Part shown: positions 35,874 through 51,744 of the stretch, in pieces
How positions within the stretch are numbered: position 1 is the first letter of the stretch
How the letters are laid out: each line of letters begins with the position of its first letter
NCBI RefSeq assembly: GCF_009914755.1
Contig: NC_060947.1
Strand: one strand, 5' to 3'
Length of the DNA stretch: 64,000 bases
DNA from: the human T2T-CHM13v2.0 reference genome, Homo sapiens
Notes under the pieces: generated by a model
Database searches by the model: none
Told to the model about the DNA's origin: nothing
The model's input: the letters and a program-made list of their open reading frames with translations, nothing else
Translations under genes and position numbers: made by a program

Positions 35874-38296
35874 AGGGTGGGGGTGGAGCAAGTTGGCAGA
35901 GTAGAAGGATCCACCAATTGTCCCTGCAACAAGAACACCAATTTAACAACTATCTACACAGAAAAAAGCATTTTTATAGGAACAAAAATCAGCTGAACAC
36001 TCACAGTACCTGGTTTCAAATTTATATTGCTGAAAGAGGCATGGAAGAGGTAGTAAAAACAGTCGTGAATCACCGACACCACCTCTCTTTCACACCCCAG
36101 CAGCAGCAGCATTGTGTGAAGAGCGTTTCTGTGCTCTGTGGAAAGGAAGAGCCAGCAATTGTGAGGCACCAGACTCAATGCTGCCCTTTATACAGCAGAA
36201 AGCAAAATGGGATCAAACTTAGCAGATGTCTGCCCATGGCAAGAGCATTTAAACCAGCCTTAATCAGATGAGAATCACCAGTCCCAGCGGTCAGAGCTTG
36301 AGTTCCAGCAAATCTCGCCCCTGTGGGCTAAAGTTCTCTGGGATGCTAAATAATATGAAATGCAGTCTAGGCCACAAGGACTACAATTCCTAGGCAAGTT
36401 CTACTGCTGAACAGGGCCCAGAGCCAGAAGACTAGGGGGACACACAACCTACTGAGACAACAACCAGGATCCTAAGGGAGTTCTGGCATCACCCCTTCCC
36501 TCACCCCAGGCTGCACAGCGTGTAGCTCCAAAAGAGGTCCCTTCCTAATAACTGAGGAGAGAAGAGGGAAGAGTGAGGAGGAGTTTCTCTTGCATCTTGG
36601 ATACCAGCTTAGCCACAGCAGGATAAGGCGACAGGCAGAGTCATAAATCTACCTTTCTAGGACCTAGCTCATGGACAACATTTCTAGACACACCCTGGAC
36701 AAGGAGGGAACATAATACCTTGAAGGGAAGCACTCAGTCTTGTCAGGATTCATCACCTGCTAACTGAAGATCCCTTAGGTCCTGAATAACCAGCAATGAT
36801 ATCCAGGTACTACATCAAGGACCTTGGACAATACTCTAAGACTTGCGGGCTTCAGGTTAGACTCAGAACATTCTCAGCTTTGGTGGCTGCAGGGCAAGAC
36901 CCCTGCTTGAGAAAAAGCAGAGGGAGAAGTAACAAATAACATAAAATGGATCTCCAATATGCCTGGCAGCAGACATTTAAGTGGAAACCTTACAGGCCAG
37001 GAGGCAGTAGCATCACATATTTAAAGTGATGACCTAGATGACAGGTTGATGGGTGCAGCAAACCACCATGGCACATGTATGCCTATGTAACAAACGTGCA
37101 CATTCTGCACACGTATCCCAGAACTGAAAGTAAAATTTAAAAAAAAAATAAAGTGCTGAAGGAAAAAACCTTTTACCCCAGAATAGCATTTCTGGTGAAA
37201 ATATCCTTGAAACATAAGGAGAAATACTTTCTCAGATAAACAAAAGCTGAGGGATTTCATCAACACTATACCTGTCCTACAAGAAATGCTAAAGGAAGTA
37301 CTCCAATCAGAAAGAAAAGGATATTGATGAGCAGTCAGAAATCATCTAAAGGTACAAAACTCACTGGTAATAGTAAGTACACAGAAAAACATAGAATAGT
37401 ATAACACTGTAACTGTAGTGTGTAAAGTACTCTTATTTTAAGAAATATTAAATAGAAAACCAATTAAAAATAATAACTACAACAACTGTTCAAGACATAG
37501 ACAATACAAAAATATATAAATAGTAACAAAAAATATTAAAAAGCTGGGGGACAAAGTTAAGGCATACAGAATTTATTACCTTTTTGCTTGTTTGTATGTT
37601 TATTTGTTAAAGAAAACAGAGTTGTTATTAGCTTAATATAATGCACTATAAGATAGTATTTGCAAGCCTCATGTTAACCTCAAACTAAAAAAATACGATA
37701 AATACACAAAAAATAAAAAGTAAGAAACTAAATCATATCACCAGAGAAAATCACCTTCACTAAAAGGAAGACAGGAAGAAAAGAAAAATGGAAGAGAAGA
37801 CTACAAACAATCAGAAAACAAATAACAAAATGGCAGGAATAAATTCATACTATCAATAATAATATTGAATGTAAATAGACTAAACTTTCCAAACTTTCCA
37901 ACTGAAAGACAGAGTAGCTGAAAGGATGAAAAAACAATATCCAAGGATCTGTGGCCTACAAGAAACACACTTCACCTATAAATATACACATAGACTGAAA
38001 ATAAAATGATGGAACAAGACAGTCCATGCCAATGAAAATCAAAAGAAACAGGAGTAGCTATACTCATATAAGATAAAATAGATTTTAAGATGAAAATTAT
38101 CAGAAGAGACAAAGTCATTGTATTATGATGAATGGATCAATTCAGCAAGAGTATATAACAATTTTAAATACATATGCACCTAACACTGGAGCACTCAGAT
38201 ATATAAAGCAAATATTATTAGAGCTAAAGAGAGAGATAAGAAACAATACAATAATAGTTGGAGACTTTAACACCCCACTTTCAATATTGGACATAT
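35874..38296 (+). mobile_element. L1PB/L1MA-type 5' portion (5' UTR, partial ORF1, start of ORF2), truncated on the 3' side
   Basis: Starts GGGTGGGGGTGGAGCAAGTTGGCAGAGTAGAAGG. ORF 38125.. (GSIQQEYITILNTYAPNTGA...GDFNTPLS) is the endonuclease domain. Confidence 0.85.
37033..37148 (+). mobile_element. Short L1PA (PA8-like) 3' end
   Basis: GGTTGATGGGTGCAGCAAACCACCATGGCAC...poly-A; TSD TAAAGTG[A/C]TGA at 37022-37032 and 37149-37159. Confidence 0.85.
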
Positions 38297-40372
<2,076 letters not shown>

Positions 40373-40800
40373 TTTCAGTAATCATCCGTTTACCACCTTC
40401 ACTCTTTTTGCGATATTTAATTGTGGTAAAACTATTATAATACCAAATGCTTCCGATCTACGTTAATATTTCACTTGCATTTCTTATAGTTTGTTTAGAA
40501 TTTTAATTCATTAATATCACACGCTATCTTCATTGTCGTGTTTAGAAGGCATAGTGTTTTCCTTTGAACAAAATAGTTTTTCATCAATAAGTATATTTTC
40601 AAAGGAAACTTAATATCACTACCATAAGTGGAAATCCAACATGACTTGTCATAAATAGAAAGTTACTGTAAAAAACAAACGTGAGGCAAAATGTACCATT
40701 TAGGAAAAATTATTTAATGTGTTTTAAAATTGTCAATGTTTCATTCAAATGATGCACCTGACCTCATTTTGTGTACCATATGGGTATAATTTTGGTAAAT
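40373..40800. mobile_element. Possible old hAT-type DNA transposon remnant
   Basis: GGAAACTTAATATCACTACCATAAGTGGAAA...CATAAATAGAAAG resembles a remembered MER/hAT consensus; family uncertain. Confidence 0.4.
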
Positions 40801-43800
40801 TTTATCAATGTGAGGCAGTCTTCTGTAGCCCAATTCCCTCTGGATGTGTGGACAACGTTTAATTGCTGCACCTACAAAACTGGGAATAACGGTGATCATA
40901 GCATGGTACTGACTTCCCCTGTGGGGGACCTGACCGGATGACGAGATGGCTTTCCCCAGGCATCCTTGGAGTCATTATACCTTTTAAAATGATGAGAACC
41001 GGCTTGTGAATGTTTCCCTTGCCAGTTCAGGGTACATGGATTCATTAGTGATCTGGACAGAGGCATTGTTCATTTCCTCTGTAGCTCTCAAAACTTGCAC
41101 ACTATTTGGGGAAGACAGAGCTCTCAAAAAATGTGTGTCAAATAAGCTTCCTTCTTTGCAAATTCTGTTCCTTCTTCCCAGAATGTCATTGCCACAGCTT
41201 TGATGGTTGATAACCTGCAATTCATCGCTTAAACTTGGAGCAAGTGCTCCTGACTCCCTCAGGAAGTTGTTTCTTCCCTCCTCTTTGTTCCTGTAAGAAA
41301 GGTAATATTCACTATGATAAGTATCATTGTCTATGAGCCTTATCTCTCCCACCGGACTCTGAACTTCTCAATGGCAGTGACTAATTCTCGTCCATCTTTT
41401 CGAAGGCTCTTCAGCTTATATAGCACCTTTCGTTGTATTGAATAATGTCATGTATGGGTCCCATTTTTCAAACCAGATTGGGAGTTCCCGTGGTAAGAGG
41501 AAGCCTGATCTTCCATTCTGTATGCTGTGTGATTCTACAGCCATCAGTCCTGCTCCTAGTGCCCCAGCAAGCCTTTCCTTGGCTATGAAGATTGCCAAAA
41601 TACTGAAGCCTCAGTGAAGCCTCTTCGTTCCCCCAGGTTTCATTTTCTGGACTCAGGGATTTTATTACCCACTGTAAAGACTAAATATGCTTTTCACTGT
41701 GTGGAAGAAAGTATAGAAGTTCAACGGCACATTGTTTCTTCATCATCCTATGTTCTCTGAAAAATATTTGGGTTCGGAAATATTTTGTGCGCCTCTTATC
41801 CAATCCACTGTTGGAGAAAGAGAAATTTCATCTAAAGTTCTGCAAACTCCTTCGAATTCCTTGTGGTAGATGTAAATGGGGAGGGAGAGAGGATGGGCAG
41901 GAAGGTGAAGGGAGGACCTGGGGGATAAGGGGTGCACAGGATGATATCTGACCCCACTATCCATCCACTCCTCATTCTACTCCTAGCAGGTGCCTCCGCC
42001 CCACCACCACCTGGAGAAGACTGCTTAGAGAAAAGAAGACCTTCCAGACTCAGCCCATTCACATTCCTCTTAGTCTTTGAGGTTCATGAAAGTTAGGTAA
42101 CTTGCTCAAATTCACTGAAGTCATTCTATGAGACCAATATTACCCAGAAACCAAAGGCAGAAGAGGACATCCCAAGAAGAGCATACTACAGAACAATATC
42201 TTTTATAAATGTAGAAGAAAATGCCCTCAACAAAACCAAAAGGAGAGATTGGCAGAACAGATTTGTTTAAATGCTCCAGTTACATGCTATCTTGAAGAGG
42301 TGTGCTTTACTTTCAAAGACATAAATTGCTTAAAATAAAAGCGTGGAAAAGTATAGTGTGGAAACAATCATGAAAAGAGAGTTGGAGTGGCTCTACTAAT
42401 ATTCTCTGAGACAAAAATATACTTTAAGACAACAATTCGATTTAGATACAGAGAAGGACGTTTTATCACGGTAGAGTGCTCAATCCATCAAGAAGATATA
42501 AAGATTTTTATAAAAATATATAGACACATAGCAATAGTGCCCCACAATACACGAAGCAAAAATGGACACAACTGAAGGGAGAAAGATGCACACAAGATCC
42601 CAGCCTTGTAGGATGTGGCTAAATTAGCTCTTAGATGCAAATGTATAGCTATAAACACCTATATTGAAAAAAGAGTAGTGCTCTCAAAAAATTCTTCTAA
42701 ATTTTTATGTTAAGACACAGGAGCAAGAAAATTAAACTAACCCCAAACAGGCAGAAGGAAGGAAATAAGGACTGTTAGAGTGATATAAATAAAAAGAATA
42801 TAGGAAATAATAGAGAAAATTAACCAAACCAAAAGTTGGTTCATTAACAAAGATCAACGAAATTGACATGCTTTTGCCAGACTAAGAAAGAATAGAAAAG
42901 ATGCATATTACAAAAATCAAAACTAGAATATAGGATATTAATACAATCTTACAGAAATAAAAAGGTTATGGGAAATACTGTGAACAACAGCATGGCAACA
43001 AATTAGATAATCTTGTGACAAGGACAAATGTCCAGAAACACACAAATTACTGAAACTGCCTAAAGGAGAAGTAGAAGATTTGAATTGATTTACAACAAGT
43101 AAAGGGATTGAATTACTAACAAATATATTCCCCCAAAGAAAAGTCCAGGGTTAACTGGTGGAATTCTACCAAATATTTAAAGGACACTTAACACCAAAGC
43201 TTCACAAGATTGCTCAAGAACAGAAGGGCGCCCTTCCCAGCTAGTTTTTCGAGCCCAACTTTAACCAAACTCCAAAATTAGACAAGGCATCAGAAGGAAA
43301 TAACTAACCTAATTACAGATGCATATCTGTTATGTATACACAAATCTCCTCCACAAATTACACACATACCTAATCCAGCAACACACACACGTGCACACAC
43401 ACACACACACACACACAGATTTTACACAAAGACCAAGTGGAACTTGCTCCAGGAATGTAAAGTTGGTTCAACGTACAAAAATCAATCAATATAATATACC
43501 ACACTAACCAAATAAAAACCCCATATTATCGTTTCCGTAGACACAGAAAAAACTTGTGACAGATCCAAAACCGTTTCACAATTAAAAAAATATGAAGAAA
43601 CTGGAGAAAAAAGGTGCTTCTGCAACTCAGTAGACTCTACCAAAAACTCACAACTGCCATCATGATTAATGGTGAAAGGCTGAAAACTTTCACCCTCAAC
43701 AAGCAACAATGTGTGCTCTCACCATTTCTATTTAACATTGTACAGGAGCTTCTAGCTAATGCATTTAGGCAAGAAAAAGAGATAGAAGACCTCCAGACTT

Positions 43801-46324
43801 GAAAGGAATAAGTAAAACTCTCTCTGCTCACAGATGACATTATCTTGTACATAGAAAACACTAAAGAAGCCGGAAAAGAAAATACTATCAGGACGAGTCA
43901 TTGAATTTATTCCATATAATATCTACATCAATGTAAAACATACAATTTTATGTCTTTGTACTACCAATGAATAATCCAATAAAGGACACTTTAAAAACAA
44001 TTCCACTTATCATAGCATCCAAAGAAACACAATAGTTAGAAATAAATTCCACAAAAGAAGTGTAAGACTTGTACGCAGAACACTACAAAACCTTATTGAA
44101 AGAAATTAAAGAAGACCTAAAGAAATGTGAAGGTGTCCCTTACACATGGACGGGGAAGACTGTGTATCATTAAAATAGTAACAGTCCACAAGTGGATCTA
44201 TAGATACAACATACTCACCGTTTCAAATCCCACCAGGATCTTCTTGCCATAATTGACAATCTGATTCTGACATTCCCTTGGCAACGCAAGGGACCCAGAA
44301 AAGCCAAAACAATCTTGAAAAAGAGCAATGATGGAGGACTCACACGTCTCTATTTCAAAACTTACTGCAAAGCTACAGTAATCAATGTGTTGTGGTACTG
44401 GCATAAATTTAGGCATATATATATCAGTGTCATAAAAATGCAAATTTTAGAAATAAACCTCTTCTTTTAAGTTCAGTTGATTTTCCACAAGTGTATCAAG
44501 GCAACTCAAAGTGAGAAAGAATAGCATTTTCCACAAACGGTGCTGGGACAAATGGTTATGCCCATGGAGAAGAATGAAGTGGACCCACCATCTCATGCCA
44601 TGCCTGAAAATTAATTCAAAATGAATGATAGACATAAACCTAAGGGGAAAAAAACTATGTAACTTTTGGAAAAAAACTTTGGGGATAACCTTCATGACCT
44701 TGAAATTGGAATTGGCTTTGTAGATATGGTACCCATATCACGGGTGAAAAACATGAAACACAGAGGAATTGTACTTCATTAAAATTAAATACTTTTGTGC
44801 TTCAAAGCCCACCATCAAGGACAGGGAAGACAACTTATGAGATGATTGAAAAGATTGGAAAATCATATATCTCATATTTGACTCTATTTGCAATATCTAC
44901 TAAACACTTACGACTGCCTAATAAAAAAGACACACAGCCCAAATAAAAGTGGGCAAAGCATTGCAATAGACATTTCTCTAAAGAACATGTACAAATGGCT
45001 AATAAGCTCAAGAAAAGATGCTCAGTGTCATTAGTCATTAGGGAAGTGCAAGTCAAATCCACGTTGTGATACCACTTCCCACTCACTAAGATGGCTGAAA
45101 TCAAACAGATAGACAATAACAAATGTTGGCAAGGTTGTGGAGGAACTGGAATCTTAAGACATTTCTCATGGGATTGTAAGATGGCCCAATCACTTTGGGA
45201 GAGGGTGCAGCAGTTCCTCCAAAAGTAAGAGTTCCTTTATGACCCAGCAAGTCCACTCCAGGTGTTCACCCAAGAGATTTCAAAAAATAACTCAGGTAAA
45301 ATCCTGTACAAGAGTGTCCATAACAGCCTCCTCCATAGTAGCCAAAAAGTGAAAGAATCTAAAAGTCCATCCACAGTTGAATGAGTAACCAATATGTAGT
45401 ATCATTATATGGTAGTTAATGGAATGTACGAGCCACAACATTGATTAATCTGGAAAACATAGTGCTTACTGAAAGAAGCCGGTCCAAAAGGTCACGCATT
45501 GTATGATCTGATTTATAGGAAACATTCACTACATGCAAAATCAGAGAGCCAGAAGATAGATCAGAGGGTACCAGTGGTTTGAAGAAGAGGGGAGATTAGG
45601 TCACTTAAATACATACAGCGTGTTTTTTGAATAAAAAAGTTCTTAAATTACATGGTTGTGATAGTTGCACAACTTTTCCGTTTTTTAAATTTTATTTTAT
45701 TGTGCTAAGAACACGTAACATGAGATCCGCCCTCACTAAAATTTTAAGTGCAAAATACCATATTCTTAACCATAGGCACAGGGTTGTACAGGAGATCTCA
45801 AGAATGTATTCACCTGGCACAACGGAAACTTTATACCCATAGAATAGCAACTCCCTGTTTCCCCCTCCCTCCAGGTTCAAGCAGCCGACACTGCACTCTG
45901 GTTTTTAAATTTGACTATTTTAGATAGCTGAAATATTTAGAACCCACATTATTTGGGTGTGATGGCAGGAATTCCTTCTTCATGGAAGTGGAATAATGTC
46001 CCATTTTATGTGTATACCACATTTTTAATATCCATTCATCTGTCGATGAACATTTAGGTTGTTTCCACATTGTTTTTAAATTTTGACTGTTAGATGTAAT
46101 GCTTCAATAGAGGTGGGAGTGCATATATCCCTTCGAGGTCCAGATTTCAATTCTTTTGGATATATACCCAAAAGTGGGATTGCCAGATCACATGGTCGTT
46201 CTATTTTCAATTTTTTGAGGAACCACTACGGTGTATTCCATAGTGGCTGCACCGCTTTATGTGCCTACTCCAGTGTGCCCGTGTTGGAATTTTTACACAT
46301 CTTCTCCAAAACAACACTTGTTAT

Positions 46325-46328
46325 CTTT

Positions 46329-46384
<56 letters not shown>

Positions 46385-46480
46385 TTCTTTCCTTCTTTCT
46401 TTCTTTCTTTCTTTCTTTTTCTTTCTTCTTTCTTTCTCTTTCTTTTTTCTTTCTCTTTCTTTCTTCTTTCTTTCTTTTTT
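46325..46480. repeat. (CTTT)n microsatellite
   Basis: Direct reading. Confidence 0.95.
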
Positions 46481-46892
46481 GTTTTGATAATAGCTATCGT
46501 TCAAAGTGTGAGGTGATAGCTCATTGTGGTTTGGATTTGCATTTCTCTGCTGAGTAGTGACGTTGAGCACTTTTTCATATACTGTTGGGCATGTGCATGT
46601 CCTCTTTGAAGAAATGTCTATTCAAGTCTTTTGCCCATTCTTTAGTCAGTTTGTTGTCTTCTTTTTTGGTATTGAGTTGTAGGAGTTCCTTGTATAGCTT
46701 GGATATTAATCCCTTATCATATATATCCTTTTCAAATATCTTTTCCTGTAAATCTCCTAGAAGAGAACATAGGTGAAAAGTTCCATGGCATTTGACTTGG
46801 AAATTATCTCTTGAATATGACAAAAAGCACAAGCAACAAAAAGCCACGTTAGACTGGTGAGACTAAGTCGAACCAAAAACCTATGGTGAACC

Positions 46893-47106
46893 CACCGGGG
46901 CCTGTTGTGGGTAGGGGGAGGGGGGAGGGGGGAGGGATAGCATTAGGAGATATACCTAATGCAAAAGACGAGTTAATGGGTGCAGCACACCAACAGGTAA
47001 CAAACCTGCACGTTTTGCACATGTACGTTAGAACTTAAAGTATAATAAATATATATATATATATATAAAATAAAATAAAATGAAAGCAAAAACCAAAAAC
47101 GAAAAC
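46893..47106 (+). mobile_element. Short L1PA3/4 3' end
   Basis: GGGATAGCATTAGGAGATATACCTAATG...poly-A; TSD AAAAACCTATGGTGAACC at 46875-46892 and 47107-47124. Confidence 0.92.
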
Positions 47107-47799
47107 AAAAACCTATGGTGAACCAAATGAAACAATCAACACGGTGAAAAGGCCACCTACGGAATGGGAGTTGCTCAACTTTTGGAATATACTAACAACC
47201 ACTGCACGGTACACTTTAAAAGGGTGAGCTTTGTGGTATCTGAATTATATCTCAATAAAGCTGTTTCTTTTAATGAAGGAGGAAAGAATCTCTGATGAAG
47301 GAATTCAAAATGTTCATAACTTATTCCTAAGTTAACATACATGCTAGTATATTAGGATACAAGTTGGAGGGATATTTTTGAATTATTACAAAACGAAACC
47401 TATACGAAGACTTCCATAAGGCTGAAAAATTAAATGTGGTAGGAGGCTTCCAAAGCGGCCTCTCTGGCAGAGTAGCAAGGTTGCAAGAACAATGTCAAAA
47501 CAAAGCTATTTCTCAGGCATGACCTTTGTGATTGTTTCTATGTCTCAGACTCCCGTGGATCCTACCTGCTTTCCAATTCTGGTTATGCAGCCCTCTTATT
47601 GACTTCGTGTGCAACCTGATATTCTTGCATCAGGTTTGTTTTTTTTTTTTTTTTTTTTTGGTTGAGCAATCGTGAGTGTTTTTCTGTTGTTGCTAACCAA
47701 ACATTCTGATGGACACAGGAGGTGGCAGATGTAGGTGTTATTTACATCTGTAAAGTGAAAGGAAATTTCTTCGAGAAAAAAATGTAGAAAAGGAGGAAA

Positions 47800-48350
47800 C
47801 AAGGCCACAATCTGGAGCATATCAAAAAGTAGAGGAGTTTACAAGAAGAGGAGCCAGGAAACAACTCAAAGAATAGGATCTATCCTGGAAGGAAGATCAC
47901 CAGAAGAAGATGGTTTCATGGAATCCACAAGATCTCAAGAGACCGATAGTGGCCAGCACGTTCAATGCTACTAAGAGGGCAAGCCAGGTCAGAGGGATGA
48001 TAATTGGATTTGACATCATGTAAGTTACTAAAGAGCATGAAAAAGAAAAAAAGCATATTGGAGGACAGAAGGCCATGCAAGACATCGGAGGTGGAGATGA
48101 GGAAGTGGTGACAACCTGTTCAGACAACTTACCAGAAAAGTTTTGCTGTGAAAGGCAGCAGGTATGTGGGAGAACAGCTGGTAGGGAAGTGTCGCCAAGG
48201 GAAGGTATTTGTTTAAAATGGAGGACAGTGGAGCGTAATTGTATGCTGAGGGGAATAGCCACTGGAGCAGAAGAATTTGAAGATGCAGAGAAACAGTGGA
48301 CATCTGCAGGAATTCAAACTGTGAGAAACAGTGAGGGGTAAAGATGGGGT
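47800..48350 (-). mobile_element. L2 remnant (partly duplicated at ~34415-34720)
   Basis: GAGGAAGTGGTGACAACC...AAAAGTTTTGCTGTGAAAGG resembles an antisense L2 segment. Confidence 0.6.
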
Positions 48351-48593
48351 CAACCAGAGAGGCTGGCTTTGTTAAAAATATGAGCCACCAGCCCCATGCT
48401 TCATGCTCTCAGTTAAAGCCATGCTGATAACCTCCATCCCCGGGGATGGCCAAATTGAGAATGAGGGATTGGCAGGGCAGAGATGTCCAGAGGATGAGGA
48501 AATGAAGTTTGAAGTCCATAGGATCCAGGCTGAGTAACGAAGGTTAATGTAAACTGACAAATTCAAATTTTGAGAAATGTATCGGTCAGAGAT

Positions 48594-48959
48594 ATTTTTA
48601 ATTTTTTTAAATTTAATTTTATTTTTTTTCTGCAGTTGGGGTCTCGCTGTGATGCCCAAGCTGGTCTTGAACTCCTGCCTTCAAAGTGCAGCCTCCCAAA
48701 GCTCTGTGCAGTGGTGCTGTCATAACTCACTGCAGCCTCAAACTCCTGGGCTCAAGTGATCCTCCTGCATGAGTCTCCCGAGTAGCTGGGACCACAGATG
48801 CGTGCCACCATATAAGGCTAATTTTTTCTATTTTTATAATTTTAGAGATGAGGTCTCGCTACATTGACCAGGCTCGTGTCCAACTCCTGGCCTCAACCAA
48901 TCCTCCTGCCTCGGTGTCTTGCATAGCTGGGGTTATAGGTGTGAGCCACTGCGCAGAGC
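48594..48959 (-). mobile_element. AluJ-type element with an extra monomer piece
   Basis: AluJ diagnostics (CACTGCAGCCTCAAACTCCTGGGCTCAAG, GGTCTCGCTA); absent from copy A. Confidence 0.85.
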
Positions 48960-50587
48960 TAGGTGAGGGATTATGATGTGACACTCATAGCTCCTTAGTG
49001 TTTGGTGATTGTCTCTGGGTGTTCACATGTTCACAGGGAGGTGGAGACATAGACAGATCCCATTACTGAGAGATAAAGAAATCCCTACAATGAAGCAGAT
49101 TAATGGAGGGACTTCCTTCTTTCCAGGGAGAGAAAAGGGCAGTGCTCAAAACAGGAAGAAAAGCCATGAACGGGAATTCACCGGAAATGGAATGTCCTCA
49201 GAAGACCTTATCTTTTCCGTGGGAGGCAGGGGATGGGTGATTCTTTTTGGATTCTAGCAGCATGGATGCTTAGCCATCGCTCACTAGTAGTTTGTTCCAC
49301 TATAATTTCATGTAGTCACTATTGACCCTTCGCTGAAGTCTGTAACTGGCATAGCGTCTACAGTCCTGTGAGTGGTGCTTTTGGGGATTTAAGGAGCAGA
49401 GCAGTCAAGCGAAGCGTTGCCTTCCTGGCATTGCCATTCCCCATTGGTCCTTCTCCAAGGGAAACTGGTCGTGGTCATCCAGACAGAGACCAGGAGCCGA
49501 GTGGATCTGAGATCCCCCGAGAGGGGTGTGAAACACAGGGGAGTCACTGGCAGGTGGGCACTCAGGAGTGCATATGAGACAAACCCCCTGACCCAGAGGA
49601 GACTGGATGTCGCGCAACATCCGTGGAGGTCAGGAAGATGGGCAGAACTTCATGTGGTTCCTTCTGGCGTAGGGCATGGCTGTGGGTGTGGGTTGCACAT
49701 TGCAGTGAAGACGAGTTTACTTAGGTATTTTGGACTGAGGGGTTCCAGGACATGGGAAATGGAGGGCAGCTGGGTCCCAGGAGAGGAGAGTGCAGCTGGA
49801 CAAAGGGACTTCTGAGACTCACTGGAATAAATGGAAAGAAGGGAGGGAAAGTTGGGGGCATATGCCCAGCTTTTGAGTTGTTGTTTATCACAAATTTATA
49901 GTGTGGGACGTCTCATGTCGGGCCTGGCACGCTGTTTGTCCAGCCTCTGGTAAGGGGAGTCAATACACAGGAGGTGGTGGGCTTCTCAGGAAGAGGGGCA
50001 GGCAAGAGGCCTCTCATTAGTTTGGCTGCTTCCAGAAGTGGGAGACTATCAGAAACCTCCCTCGTCTGAGTCTCCCCAAGGCCCTGGCGGAACAGGAGTG
50101 TGGCAGGAAGGGGGAGCCCTAGGAACTTGTCCCATGGTCTGGGCAGAGGTCTCCCAGGCCACAGAGGAGAAGAGGGAGGAGGTGTGTCCTGTGTGACTCT
50201 GGCAGGAAGGATCAGGGAGCCCTCCTGAGACAGCGCTTCTGAAATTGGGCTGGCTGGAACTTTCTGTCAGAAAATAGGAATGACTGAAAAAACTCCCCTA
50301 CTGTGATAGAGGCTAGAGGGTGGTAAAGAGGAAGGTGAGTTGGGGTAGCAGGAATCCTAGGTTCCACAGGCATGGTTTGCAGGTACAATACATTGTTGGT
50401 AACATGATGGCTCGGGGACAAAGAAGCCTGTCTCCAAACCGTGCAGGTGCATTGAGAGGATGTAGAAATTCTGGATTCATGTCAGGCCCGTCTGCGTTTC
50501 TGCCCTCCTCCACCCAGCATTGAGGGGAGGGCAGGGTAGAACTAAAGCGAATGTTCTTTTCAATCCCTGAATAGGGGCTTGCGTACC

Positions 50588-50707
50588 TCAGAGGAAGACA
50601 GAACACGCACATTTCTCTGCGTTTCTCTTTGTCTCATCTTTAGTCTCTAGGCCATTAGCCCCTGTTGCCATGGGAACTGAAGCTGAGTGTCTGATGCATT
50701 CATTGGG
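50588..50707 (-). CDS. Putative exon 2 of an uncharacterized 123-aa spliced ORF (PNECIRHSASVPMATG...CACSVFL*)
   Basis: Acceptor CTCTGCTTTTCTCCCACAG| in phase 0 with the donor at 51744. Protein-coding status is unproven. Confidence 0.45.
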   Translation of the reverse strand, partial: PNECIRHSASVPMATGANGLETKDETKRNAEKCACSVFL

Positions 50708-50831
50708 CTGTGGGAGAAAAGCAGAGTTGGTCCTTGAAATAAAGGCCCCTGGGAGAGGGGATTCTAGCAAGGCAGTCACATCGAAAGAATTCACAATTCC
50801 CACAGATATATTGATCCTTGTGATTATTAGT

Positions 50832-50878
50832 ACACACACACACACACACACACGCACACATCCCACACACCCCCACCC

Positions 50879-50930
<52 letters not shown>
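50832..50930. repeat. Compound (CA)n microsatellite
   Basis: Direct reading. Confidence 0.95.
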
Positions 50931-50932
<2 letters not shown>

Positions 50933-51744
50933 CTTCATCCTGAACAGATACGATGTACAGAGCATCGCACTGGCTGGCCCATAGGGTTCTTGTGGGAGAG
51001 GCCAGGCCTCTGTGACCATGAAAGGGGTTGCAACTGATACAGTCAGGGAGGGATCCCAGGAAGGGGAGTGATTCCCTTAAATTTGCTTGTTGAAACCCGT
51101 ATCTGGCAGGGGAAAGGAGGATCCGGTGCAGAGCTTGGATTCAGCAGAGGTGGCTGTTGATGTGACCAGTCCCCCTGTTTGGGTGGGAAGGCCCTGAATG
51201 ACACATGCAGCAAGGCAAGAGTGGTCCCGTGCACCCTTTGCTCTTTCTTGGCTTATCCAGCTCCTCCCTCTGAGATAGTCCCATGGGGAGCCCCAGGTTG
51301 ACCTGGGATGGGGATCCCCTCTTTCCAGGGGCAGGGTAGAGTTCTCAAAGCTGGCAGTTTTCTCCTCCTTTCCCTTTCTCCCTCGCTGCCCCTTCTTCTT
51401 GCCCCCTGCTCATCAATCACCCTTTGGTAAAGGACCTCTCCCCTTGTTCCTTTCTCTTTACTCCCTCATCCATTTCCTCTACACTCCTTTCCTCTTTCCT
51501 CTCTCTTCCTACCTCACTTCAGCCTCTGTCATCACCTCTCATCTCCCCTCTCTGCTCTCTCTCCTCCATGCCTTGTCTTTCCCTTTGTCCTCCCTCCGAG
51601 TTCCCATATCCCTCACTGCCCTTTCTCTCCCTCTTTCCTTTCTCATGTTGTCCTCCCCTGGTTTTCCCCTCATTTTGCTTTTTCCTTCTCTCTATGCCGT
51701 TCCCTCCCCTCACCCTCCCCGCCCTCCCCTCCCCTGATACTCAC

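Larger units (their letters stand above)
45678..47169 (-). mobile_element. L1MA-type 3' element with 5' inversion
   Basis: Minus-oriented 3' part 45678-46748 plus a plus-oriented upstream ORF2 piece 46750-47169. TSD GTTGC[A/T]CAACTTTT at 45664-45677 and 47170-47183. Confidence 0.85.
42120..47267 (+). mobile_element. Old L1MB-type element (ORF2 and 3' end), interrupted at 45678-47169
   Basis: Degenerate ORF2 (INGERLKTF...[22 protein letters not shown]); terminal TGAATTATATCTCAATAAAGCTG. Confidence 0.85.
48045..50737. repeat. Local duplication, copy C (longest; interrupted by AluJ)
   Basis: Colinear with copy A over 48045-49905 and with copy B over 49221-50737. Confidence 0.93.

Noticed and set aside
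41600-41970. Unique sequence with several acceptor-like motifs and a 73-aa ORF
   Set aside because: No consistent exon boundaries or recognisable homology.
46083-46570. Phe/Leu/Ser-rich and Lys/Glu/Arg-rich ORFs
   Set aside because: Translations of the (CTTT)n microsatellite.
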